From positions 3,658,001-3,722,000 of the forward strand of contig CM022679.1 of assembly GCA_012295275.1 (NCBI GenBank): a DNA stretch of 64,000 nucleotides, in the 5' to 3' direction. Source of the stretch: Chrysomallon squamiferum. Its lineage: Eukaryota; Animalia; Mollusca. The notes under the pieces are model-generated. The model saw only the letters and a program-made list of their open reading frames with translations. It was not told where the DNA came from and searched no databases. A program made the translations under genes and the position numbers. Of this stretch, positions 27,916-40,000 are shown one piece after another. Every line of letters starts with the position of its first letter. Positions within the stretch are counted from its first letter, which is position 1.

Positions 27916-29409
27916 GTTTGAACATTAAAATGATAAACTAGCATATATAAAAAAAAAAAAAAAAGATAAAAAAAAAGCAAATTAAACTGTGGTCTCCTAT
28001 AAATTCTTTGTGGAAAATTATTTCTATAAATCGTAGAGGTAATTCACCTCCGTTTTTTTCCACTGCAGTGGCAATATTGATCAATGAATTTATCTGCCAA
28101 AACATGACATGCAATAACGAAGCATACCGACAAAACACTTTTAATGGAGTTTTTCCTGCAAAAGGAATTGAAATTTATTCTAAACAAAATTGTTATGTAT
28201 GTGTGTGTCTGAGTGATTTTAAGAGGGTTCAAAAACTGAAGGCCTCTATGGGCGTAAATGAATAGTTTTTTTTTTGCATTAGATACACGTATGTTCGTAT
28301 GTACATATCTGAGTATGTGTGTGCGTGTATATGTTTGTGTCTGAATACTTATATGTTGGTATAAATGTGCGTGTCTGTGTGTGTGTGTGTCTATGTATAC
28401 ATTTAAAAATATTTAATGTCAGTGTTTGCAGAAATTTTTGCATATGTGTTTATGTATGTATAAAAAAAATGTGTGCATATGAATGCATATGTGCGTGTTT
28501 TTGTGTGTGCGTTTTTGTGTGTACAGCAATTGCTAAGGATATAAATTTCATTAACTATTTCAAGAATTCTTTTTATTAATCGAAACGTTTATTCTTCCTG
28601 CTTTCAGCGTTCTTTTTCCTACTTCCAATTTTCTCTTTCGACATGCAGACAAGTTTTATTGATCAGATTTTAGGAGAGAGAAAAAAAATTATTTTCTTCA
28701 CTTTATTGTAGTCTTGTTGGCGCTGTGATATATAAATTATGATACAGATGAAGATCTAATATCGCACGTTCAATGCATAAGAATTCCTCAACAACGTTGT
28801 CGGGGAACTTTTAATAGAAATCATGTAATACAAATAATAAAAAATAATAAAAAAAATGTTTTGTTAGGAGATGGAATTTTATTGTTTCTTCTCCTTATGC
28901 TTTTCCTCTTTACTTTTTCTTCCTTTCTTGCTCTTTATCGATTTATTTTTCTTTACCTTCATATTCATCTTCAAGCTCACCATCATCGTTATTTATTTTT
29001 TTTTTTCCTTATGTTTTACTGTTTATATTATCTTGTTGTTTCTTGTCAGCTTCAATTATTCATTTATATTCTGTTTCTTTTTTTTTCCTGACTTATTTTT
29101 TCGTTATTTCTCTTTGTCTAGTCAATACCCTACGACCACTCAATCAAAGGGTAAATTATGAATTTTCCTACCAAAGGGACGTGTACATAAAAGATCCCTT
29201 GATGCCTAAAAAGAGTAACATCTCGCGTGACGGCACCTGACTTCATCTCTTGTGATCTGTGCGGTCGTTTCCAAATTAGAAACATCCATTAATATGCAAA
29301 AACCGCTGCGTAATGTTCACTAAAATATTCTCCTTCACTCTTTTATTCCTTTGTTTATCGTTATCCTTTTTTTTCCTTTGTTCTTGTTGCTGTTCTTTTT
29401 GCTTTTCTT

Positions 29410-29444
29410 TTCTTCTTCTTCTTCTTCTTCTTCTTCTTCTTCTT

Positions 29445-29475
<31 letters not shown>

Positions 29476-29557
29476 TTATTATTATTATTATTATTATCGT
29501 CATCATCATCATCATTATAGTTGTTGTTGTTTTTGTTGTAGTTGTTGTTGTTGTTGC
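29410..29557. repeat. Compound (CTT)n(ATT)n(CAT)n(GTT)n microsatellite
   Basis: Direct reading. Confidence 0.95.
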
Positions 29558-30368
29558 TATAATATGTCGCAAACATATTACTATTGGCAACTAAAAAAAC
29601 CACTCCAGATTGTGAAGGCAAGGAACTTATTACATTTTTGTGTATTTTGCTCGTTAATCTAACTGACCTGTTCTATTGATTTACACTGGTCGTTATTGTG
29701 GTGTGTACTGTTCATAAAAACAAACATTAAAATAGGGACCAGCTTCTAAGAAAGGTACGGAAAGTCTTTGAAAGCCGGGTGAGAGAAAGACAGACAGGGA
29801 CCGAGGGAATGAAACGGAGAGCCAGAGACAAGGACAGAGAATAATGAGACTGTTTCGTCACTTTATACTTCATATTTGTACAGATATCATGATTAATTTT
29901 ACAAATATTAAATACTTTAAAAAACTAAATTCTACATACCATATGTCATTTTAATCTCTTAGCGATGTTAAAAGTGGCAACTTAATTTTGACTGTACACA
30001 CAACAGAGAGACTTAAATCATCAAGTAGAAATAAAAACAAAATAAGTAAAACGGAATAAACAGTGCAGTATGAACATTTTATCTGCACGAGTCATAATTA
30101 TACCTGACTGACAAGAGTTCAACGAAACCAATATTCTTTCGTTTAATTTTATTTACCTGAAGAAGTCCATCAAATTTGCTAATGATCTGATGTTCATTAA
30201 AAATAAACCAACAGAACTATACAAATAAATAACTATCTGGACAGAAACAACAAAAACAATGAGATACGATTTTAATGATATATTCGATATGGCTTTGAAC
30301 GGTGATTAAGTGCTAGCGAATTAGTGTAGCAGAACATTAGGAAAGAAATCAGGGAAGGAATGAAGAGA

Positions 30369-30371
<3 letters not shown>

Positions 30372-30460
<89 letters not shown>
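30372..30460. repeat. (GA)n microsatellite
   Basis: Direct reading. Confidence 0.95.
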
Positions 30461-30463
<3 letters not shown>

Positions 30464-31204
30464 ATAATTCTTGCTCTTGTGATATCCCGATTCAAAATCA
30501 TTTTGACATGTCCACCTTGAGTTCACTAGTATTTGCTATTTTTGTCAAAAATATGAACATAATTATATGTTTGACTAGCTTTCTTGAATAGGGTATTTTA
30601 GTTCATTATTGTCCCCAATTAAAGTAGCCATTCGATTTTAGCAAGCGGAGAAAAACTCAAAGATTTTATGACAAGGTAATGTAATTAGTTTAACTGGTAT
30701 TTTTTTTATACGATAATGCACATGCTGCATTTTCAGTTTTTATTTATTATTTATTTTTGTACACGTATGTATGCATTTATCTACGACGCACTTACGTAGT
30801 CATGTATGTATGCATGTATGTATATGTACGTGTTGCTTTAAGTCTATATAGGTGTCTTTATGTATGTATTATATATGTATATATGCATGTTTGTTTAATA
30901 TAGTTATCATTAATATATCATACTTGAAAACCAGATAAATATATCGACTAAAACAATAAATGGTTTTGTCAATCTATAATAATTTCTGCAAGCGCTATGT
31001 AGGAGATACTGAAATGATACTCTAGGAAATGTTTCGTGTTTGTTAAACTGACACAAAAGAAATGGTCGCTTTGAATGTCTGCCAGAGGCTGTCGTTATTT
31101 TCTCCTTCATCTTTATTTATTTGTTTGTTTTGTTTCCTACGTGTTTTAAGGCTGTTTGCACTGTTTTCTGTTTTACGAAAAAGCAGAACAGGCTGCCCGG
31201 TCAG

Positions 31205-31275
31205 AGTTGCACGTGTTTAATGTGTGAAAGGGGCGTGATTATAAAATTGTCGTCTACATCTTAGCGCATGCACAA
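31205..31275 (+). promoter_or_regulatory. Proximal core promoter candidate of the RasD gene
   Basis: E-box CACGTG 31210-31215, GC-box GGGGCGTG 31230-31237 and TATAAAA 31240-31246 in canonical order, ~650 bp upstream of the ATG. Confidence 0.6.
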
Positions 31276-31423
31276 GAAACGAATTGATTTATTTGTTGAA
31301 AATGAGCTATTTCTACGACTCTGAACCAGGACTGATCCTTACGAAATCAATGATAGTCTGTAAATGAATTTGTATTGGCGTGCAGAGTAACGGAAATGAC
31401 TGTCTTTGTTATTTGTCTTGCAG

Positions 31424-31507
31424 ATATTGACCGTGACCACTGGAGAAAGGTGTTTTGGAGTACTCGGTGGCTGTTCCACTCGGAATCAGACGAACTCGCT
31501 TGGATCG
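31424..31507 (+). other. Probable 84-nt 5' exon of the RasD gene (UTR or N-terminal extension)
   Basis: Acceptor tgtctttgttatttgtcttgcag| ending at 31423, donor tcg|gtatga at 31508; GC-richer than flanks; downstream intron would end at AG 31855, 31882 or 31890. Confidence 0.5.
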
Positions 31508-31891
31508 GTATGATTGGGCGATAGTGGATGTCCATTAATGGGTCAAACGTACTAAATGGGAATAGATCGAAGGTTATTTTCTTCTACTATGGATTCACCG
31601 TGCTCAACCTTATCGATGCTTCAGCGAAGACTGTTTTCTTAATAAAGGATGTTTTCGTGAACTGAGTCTTGCTATTGATGGATAACCCGTCATGTTTAAA
31701 TGCATTTTCCAGGAATGTAATTCGTAAGATGTTTTAATTAAAATTACTCCAAAAGGATTTAATAAGTTTATTTTTACCTAATCCCAGTAGCAATTTGTTT
31801 TGTAAAGGATTCTTTTAACCAAATAAACTCTGTATTACTTTTTTTTTTAATTCAGCATTTCATTTTATCCTTTCTCTGACAGTCTTCCAGA

Positions 31892-32635
31892 ATGTCTGAC
31901 AGTGAACAGCGGCACCGCGTGGTTGTGTTGGGTTCTTGTAAAGTGGGGAAGACGGCCATCTTGAAACGATTTCTCACGCACACTTTCCCGGACACCTACA
32001 AAGAAACGGTGGAAGATCTCTTCTGTCGCGACTTCGAAATGCAAGGGACGACGGTTAAAGTCGATTTCCTCGACACGGCTGGAAACAACGAGTTTCCGGT
32101 CATGCGCAAACTGTCGATCACCACCGGACACGCGTTCGTGCTGGTGTATTCCATCACGAGCGAGAAGTCGTTCGAGGAAATGAAAAAGATCTGGGAGCAG
32201 ATCAAAGAGGAGCGCGTCAACTACCAGGAGCTGCCGTGCGTCGTGGTGGGCAACAAACTGGACTTGGAGAACAATCGCCAAGTGGAGAAGTTCGACGCGC
32301 TCAACTGGATTTACAGCGAAGGGTTCAGCGGCGGCTTCGTCGAGGTGTCGGCGAAAAACGAACAGTCCAACGTTGCGGATATTTTTCGTCTTCTCCTGGA
32401 GCAGTCCAAAGGGACGCAAGAGCCGGAGTACCTGTCTCCGCGGAGGATGAGCCTGGGAGAGACAGACGACGAGAAGGCGGAGAAGGCGGAGAAGACTCAG
32501 GAATGGGACAGTGACGCCATCAAGTTCAACCGTAGCAGAAGTCTGATCCGCAGAGTGAGCAAACCGCGGGTGCGACGAACGCGACACCACGGACACCACA
32601 ACAAAGACAACCACGACGACTGTGTTATATCTTGA
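31892..32635 (+). CDS. RASD1-like: RasD-family small GTPase (Dexras1/RASD1- or Rhes/RASD2-like), 247 aa, uninterrupted coding region, C-terminal CAAX
   Basis: G1 GSCKVGKT, effector region YKETVED, G3 DTAGN, FPVMRKLSI, G4 NKLD, G5 EVSAK; extended basic C-terminus ending CVIS; GC- and CpG-rich codon-biased island in AT-rich flanks; aatgtct start just after polypyrimidine/AG acceptors at 31882 and 31890. Family call is secure, exact orthology is not. Confidence 0.95.
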   Translation: MSDSEQRHRVVVLGSCKVGKTAILKRFLTHTFPDTYKETVEDLFCRDFEMQGTTVKVDFLDTAGNNEFPVMRKLSITTGHAFVLVYSITSEKSFEEMKKIWEQIKEERVNYQELPCVVVGNKLDLENNRQVEKFDALNWIYSEGFSGGFVEVSAKNEQSNVADIFRLLLEQSKGTQEPEYLSPRRMSLGETDDEKAEKAEKTQEWDSDAIKFNRSRSLIRRVSKPRVRRTRHHGHHNKDNHDDCVIS

Positions 32636-33442
32636 ATTAGTTGGGTTTTTTTCTACGATTCAGTTACTAAAACAGAACGTAACTAACTTTTGTTCGCATC
32701 TGACTTATGTGCGAGATTTCTTACGCAAAAGCACAGTGGGAACGCATCGTAATTTAATAGCGTGAATGGTTATTTTGTGTCAGCAACCAGTTCACAGGGC
32801 ACTGTGTTTATGAAGTGTTGTCAGCCCTGCTAAACTAGATTAGTCCGTGTGTCATTTCTCAGCAGAGTGTTTCGGGTACGTCGTGCTTTACTGTCACTGA
32901 GAAGTAATTCACAAATCTCTGAAGTCAACTTGGTTGTTCTGAAATTCCCAAGAAGTATGATATGTAGTTTCTGTCTGTTCTGAGATTTCAAGTCTGAGAA
33001 TTTCCACTAATAATGAATTTGACAGTTTTAAACTCTTGTCAGTAAATCATATTTGATTTTCATGTGCTAACATTGATCTCTCAGTGGTTTAGTTACAACA
33101 TTTTTATCATTGGTATTGTGTGCACTGTAGCAATGCTATGCAACTATCCTTTTCAAATGTTCTTACAAGTTAGTCCAGTTTTTTAGCAGTGCACTTAGAC
33201 TTGCATACAATATGGTAAACGGAAACATATATATATATATATCAGTCGTCTAAAACGTAATATGGATGATTTGAATAAATCCTTTCCAATATTTCTTGAA
33301 ATCATCAGGCTTATACTTTTGTGGAAATTTGTAAACAACTGTATTTTTACAATATTTAATTTATAAAATTTAATTTGGAATATCTTTAGTATGTTCATTT
33401 ATACTACGGTAAAGCCAATATGTATCGGTTATTTTAAATAAA
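32636..33442 (+). other. Probable 3' UTR of the RasD gene with proximal poly(A) signals
   Basis: AATAAA at 33274-33279 and 33437-33442, the latter followed by U/GU-rich sequence; more distal AATAAA at 34959, 36390 and 36412 could give longer isoforms. Confidence 0.5.
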
Positions 33443-33446
33443 AACT

Positions 33447-33447
33447 T

Positions 33448-33518
<71 letters not shown>
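33447..33518. repeat. (TTTA)n microsatellite just downstream of the RasD gene
   Basis: Direct reading. Confidence 0.95.
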
Positions 33519-34358
33519 TGTGCTTGTTTGTTTGATTGTTTGTTTTATTTTTTATTTTATTCGTAAAACATATGTACAATTTTATCTTCTTTTTAAAAAA
33601 AAAAGAAAAAGAAATCATTCATGTTGTTTACAAAGTGTATTTACCAAAGAACTGATTTTTACACGAAGATTAGATTCTGGAACCTGGGAGTCTATCACAG
33701 ACTGTGCTTTCTTTGTTGTCGAGATGATAGATGATCTTACTTCTTGCCACTGAACTCTAGATGATGTAATCTTAGTATCCTGTCTCAACAGCCTGGGGCT
33801 ACGAACAACTGGTCAGTTTTTCGTTTGTTCTTTTTTTTTCTACCAGAAAACAGCACAGAGATACCCAGTAGCGAGGTGAAGTAAGTTGGATCGATTGTTT
33901 CGGAAGTGATACATTTTGTATGAAAACGAAGAAAAAATAAATAGAAAAAAAAAAGAAGATTAAAAACGACAAAATACTGTGATGTATATGTTAAAGCTAA
34001 CATAATATTTATTATTTATTTATTTATTTTTTTTTATTTACGGTAATTTTATCTTTATCGACGAATGTTATTTATAGTTTTAATAAAATTATTTCCAGTA
34101 GAGGATAAAGAAAGTACAGTGGTCACAATTTTACTTTTTCACCTTCATTCTGGTGTGCTTAAATACAGTCCTAACAATAATAATAGTAATAATAACAACA
34201 ACAACAACAACAGCAGCAGCAACAGTAACAACAACAATCGCAGCAGTAACAACGACAATAACAAAAATTCATAACTTACATCGTAATATACACGTTGTTT
34301 TAAAAATATACGAACATATTCCGTTTTTTTACTTTTTTTGTATTTTTCTTTTTTTAAT

Positions 34359-34389
<31 letters not shown>

Positions 34390-35214
34390 GATCGTGGGCG
34401 CGTTTATGTATTGGAACAAAGAAACGAGAAACGATTTTTTAATCTGATTATATCTTATTCTAATTTCTTTTTCTTTTTTCCAATACAAAAACGATTAAAT
34501 CTTTTGAAGAAACCTATATTTTAAATATTCAACTTCGACATTTTGTTTCACTAGGCCTGTAATAAGATATTGCTTATAAATGATTCAGCGATTACTTTCT
34601 CATGATAATTAGTTTCGAGTGAATAACGATAGATGTCTTTATTTCATTGATTTCTTTCATTTTATTTTATTTTATTTTATTTTATTTGTTTCTTTGTTTG
34701 TTCATTTTAAAGGATGAAAAAGAAAAGAAAAAATATATGTTGTGGAATCGATGAATAAGCTTTTTGTTTTTCTAATATTGTTTTGTTGTTAGATTTCTTT
34801 TAATGATTATTATTTTTATTATCATTATTTGACACGTATAAGTAGTATTCTTTTAAGATCTGTGTTTTATGTTATGTTTCAGTGACAGAAATGTTCAAAC
34901 ACGCGTTTCATGGACAAAATATTTGTTTATTTTGTCTCAGACGCCTGTTGTTTGTGTAAATAAAATGTGGTGAAAGACCAACGTAAATACTGAACAATCT
35001 TTATTGATGTACATTGTACATTAATGGACAACGTTTCCTTGTTGCTTATTTCTTTATGAAATCTTTCTGGTATAGGTATGATTATAATTATTACTTATTT
35101 ATGTAGATCTGAAACAACATATTATTATGCTTTAAATGAAGTTTCTTATATTTAATCACAAATGAAACCACCATCTACTGAAAATATAGTTTATAATTTA
35201 TATTTTTTAAGGTC

Positions 35215-35246
<32 letters not shown>

Positions 35247-36000
35247 TGCATTTCAGTATTTCATTTAAACAAACAAACAAAAAAAATGGTTGCAGATGTT
35301 TTAAACTCATTGATGTGTGAAAATTCAAAATGAAATTATTGAATCTTAAAATCGATATCAGGCACATCGGCATGTATGAAGACAATTCCACTAGCATAGA
35401 AGATTAAACTGCATTCTGCTCCAAAATCCCAGCTGATGCCACAATTGCAGAAACTGAAAATGAAAAAAAAAAAAAAAAAAAAAAAAATATTAAATATAAA
35501 AAATACTAGTAATAAAAACAAACAAACAAACAAACAAACAAACAAACGAGCAAACAATAAATAAATATGATCGTTAATTTATGTATATTATACTTCTTCT
35601 GTTCACAGTTGTAACCAAATATTTATCTGCATACTTTACACATATCACGTTACTAAAATGGTATATCGATTTAAACCCTCAATGCACCACTAAATTATTA
35701 CTGGGATAAAATAATTTATAGTGAACAAAACAAATTTCTACCATATCTGGTGCCTTGAACCGATTACTTACACTGTTATTTAAATGTGTCATCTTTTAAA
35801 CAGGGCACTGAGTATAGACTTTTAAGTTCTGTTAAAACAAAATAAACAGCGGATTGAACATGATCAGAAATATCCTTTTTACTGTGTGTTAAAGCATATT
35901 CTTAGTTCTTAATAGAGGCAAATATGTCATTTTTGAAAAAACGAATGGTCTTAGATCTGTTATTACTTTTATTATTATTATCGTCATCATTATTATTGAA

Positions 36001-36026
36001 TTATTATTATATTATTATTATTATCA

Positions 36027-36093
<67 letters not shown>
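36001..36093. repeat. (ATT)n microsatellite
   Basis: Direct reading. Confidence 0.9.
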
Positions 36094-36094
<1 letters not shown>

Positions 36095-37048
36095 TCCTTA
36101 TTAACGATATGCTCACGTTACTTGCCAGTGTCTGAAATATGCAAAAAAAAGAGAGACACATTTTATTGAATGCCTTAGCAGCAAAATCGAATTGGTGGTG
36201 CAAAACTGTAGGTATGCAATCCAAATCTTGGGTAGTGTATTTCGTTGTATTCGTTTCTAAGATATTTATATTATTTCCTACAAAGTGTTTTACACAGATG
36301 TAACAAGCACTGGTGTTATCAAAGTTGTATCATGGTTGAAAAAATAAGATGCAGGTTTTGTATATGTTTATGCTAGAACAAAAATGTGGAATAAAATTGT
36401 TTTCACTGACTAATAAAATATTGAAAATGGAATTGTAGTCATTTTTGTATTTCAGCTTTATCAGTGCGAATATGTAGAATGTCTGAAGGTTCGTGTATAA
36501 ATTAGGTTCATTTCTCAGAAGAAAAACTTACAAGAGAGATGTTTGCTATCGATCTAAAGCGCCAGTGCGCAAAGTTTAATATTAATAATAAAATTATTAC
36601 TTTCTTTTAGTTTCTGAAAGCTTCAGACTATATTTATGGAGTTAATATTTAGATTTTATCAAATACATTGTTTCAGCATCAGATACGTTTTAAAACATAT
36701 GTAAGAGGAGTGTGTATAATCAGATTACAGTATAGAGAGAGCAAGTGAATAAAAACTGAATGTATGTGATTTTACATGTACGTATGTTGTTGATGTTCTT
36801 ATACAGTTTATGTATCTTAATGAAGAAAAACGATATATAGATAATTTACGTGAATAAACTTTTTTTTTTTTCATGTTTTTGAAATAAAATCGACAACAGT
36901 AAATCAAGGAGAGTTTGAAAAGTATTTCTTCTTTAAATAATATTTTATTATCACAAAATGTTTTTCCTAAAGCATTTTCGATAGTTCATAAAATAATGCA
37001 ATAGTGTACTCTCTTTTTTTACCCCTTTATTATTCTTATTATTACTTC

Positions 37049-37082
<34 letters not shown>

Positions 37083-40000
37083 ATAATTATTATTTTAATT
37101 ACAATTAAATATAACTATCTTCACAGTTATTTCCAAACATCGTGAAGATACAAGCTATTCTAAAAGTTGGTATCCGCTTAGGCACTAATTCCGATCTAAT
37201 GATACCAGCGGATTTTGAAACAGATTAACTTGCTGGTTTCGTAATGTCGTGCCAAATTTGCAGGTGTTAGATTAATTTGTTGCCCTCGTTATATTTTTCA
37301 GTCACATTACAATTCTATTCATCTGTCATAATTGTTGTTTTAATGGTACTGGAACATAATTCTTGTAATAAGCTTGACTGTTACATGTATTGTTATGCAA
37401 CAGTATTATCAAATGTCATTATTAATATTTAATCTTATTTCTGTATCGATTATATATCTTTATATTTTCATACAGGTCTATCAAGTTTGTTAAGAATGCG
37501 AACATTCCGAAGGCAATTTAAGATAATTAATAAACGATTGAATGAAGAATGAACCAGTGATTTGATTTATTCATAAATGAACGATGGAAGTACGGATGGA
37601 CGGAAGAAAGAGAGGGTCGAAAATCAGTTTTGTGTTAGGAAGTTTGAGAAACCAAACCCATATCCGCTACTTCATAGACAGTTCTGATCAGTTATGAATA
37701 TTTTATAAGCATCTTCCGATACACAGCAAAGCACCTGGCCACGGCTGAAACCAGGAAACTCAAACAGGTTAGAGGAAATACAGAGAACAGAGTTTACAAG
37801 ACATCTAAGCGAATAATTTACCTTTAAGTTACAGCTAACTTTTCATCTATTCAGGAGTTTTAACACTTTTTTTTTTCCCTAAATGTAACAATGTTGTTCT
37901 AGCTACTAATCACGTTGTTAAAGATCTCTTGATGGGAAACAGTATCGAGTTTTTCTTGTTTTTTCTTTCTGAAGACTATAACTCAGAATTACCGGAGCCG
38001 ATAAAAAAGAATTAATCATTGTGCTATAGTGGTGTCTTTAAACAAAATAAAGCTTGTTTTAAGGATTAGAGAAACCTATCGAACGTGTGAACTTGAAAAG
38101 CTCAGAGCCTTGAATAATGGAATAATAGCTTAAAGCAGAGAATTTCGGAACAACTATTTTGATTATATTGGCATTTTTTAAAACTAGATTTCAGGTCAGT
38201 TAGAAAATAAAAAAGTAAACAGTGAGAGGTTCATTTGGTGGATGTAGAAGGGTATTGATCAATTTAGTTTCTGCTGCATTACATGATTTCTTTTTCTTTA
38301 ATTAATTCTAGGAGAAAAATCAATGATTAAGGCGACCAGAGGTGTTAGAAGCAAAAGATGAAAAACTGGAAAACATCAGAGTGAGAAGGTGAATAATCAT
38401 AAAATCTTTTTCTACCTAGAGTTAATATTAAATATTTATAACAATTATGACGAATGATGTCTTCTTCAGTTTATTTTCTACATCTTTTCTTTTCTTTCTT
38501 CATCTTCTTCTTTTCAGTTCTCTTCAAGATTATTTTTTATTTTTCATCGTGTACTTTTTCGGCCTTTTCTTTACTTTTTCTCCTCCAGTTCCTCTTCTGC
38601 AGTTTCTGTTTCCACGAAGCTGATTTTTTACGATAATGCGATCTGTTATTTGTCATTTATCGATAATATCCAGCACTTTGCTACGGAAAAAAGGAAAAAG
38701 TAACAGCTTGCTTTCAAATTTCCCAGACACTCCTGACACAAATAACCCATCTGGATATGATTAACTCCACTTAGTAAGACGTTCGTTTTCTTTTTTAATT
38801 TAAGTCTGTGACAGAGTCCAGTACAATAAGGTCCTGTGATTTCCTTACATTTTCTCTGCAAATAAGACTAGTTTAGTTAGAATGCTTCGTTTTCTTTGAT
38901 ACACACTTCATGTGCTATTAACCGTTTGTTTAGTTTTGGTTTTCTAAATGTATTCCAGAAATGAAAATACATGAGAGGCTTGTTTGTCGAATCTAAAATA
39001 ACATAAAACTGCACAGCTTTCTGATTGGTACTGATAAAAATAATACAAGCGACCAACTATTTGTCATTCTCTATAATTATGATCAAATACGAGATAGTTC
39101 TGAACCATAATTATGTGTTTTTTTTTTTTCTGAATAGCAATACAGAAAGTTTTTATTTACGAACAGAAGTTTGATAGTGTATGGTTGGTTATGCAAGATG
39201 TATCGACCCTGTAAAACATTGAGTCATTTTTATCTTCAACATCAGATAACTGTTAATCAAACACTAACATTTGCAATATTTCTTTACCTTACATTCAGAA
39301 TAGCACAGCTAAATACTGAATACATAGTCGTATGATCAGTCTCCCCAGTGTTTCTCTTCTAGCGTCAACGCTTCACATACAGAGAAGATCATTATTTGTG
39401 GACACAAGGCTGATATAAAATCGCCAATTACTGCTGGAAAAAAAAAAAAAACCAAAACCCACCTAATACTATTAACGTTACAGATGATGTAGAATTTTAG
39501 ACTCAAGCCACATCAAAATTAGTGTTAGGTAAAAGCAGATTCAAACATATCACGCAAAAAAATAACGTCTATTACATAAGGGAATTAAATTTAATTAAAC
39601 ATACTAATTTTCTTTTTCTTCTTCTTCTCTGTATCCTCTTCCTTCTGTGCACCTCTGTATCTATTTCTGTATATTCATATGTCTAATCTACCTTCTTCTG
39701 TCTTTCTCAGTGAAATTCTGTGAACCTTTCTCTCTTATTCTTTTTTTTTTTTTGTATGTACTCATTCCTCTCTCTCTCTCTCTGAGTGCGTAGAAGGTTC
39801 AAGTATTTTAATAAACATATTTTGATAAAATGGCCATTTCTGTTATTCCCTCTTCCATCGATTTTATGCAGGTTTTAATGGGATTTTTCTTGTACTTACC
39901 TGCTACTCAACGTTTTATCAAACCATACTTGTGAAGACGTTTCCTTTAAAACAGACACTCAGTCTTGTTCTTTGATTACACGGACGCCAGCTGTTTCAAT

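Noticed and set aside
32236-32514. 92-aa overlapping alternative-frame ORF
   Set aside because: By-product of the GC-rich CDS; GTG start; no motif.
31865-32614. 249-aa antisense ORF over the RasD CDS
   Set aside because: Codon-for-codon in register with the sense frame; explained by GC3 bias avoiding TTA/CTA/TCA codons; no recognisable domain.
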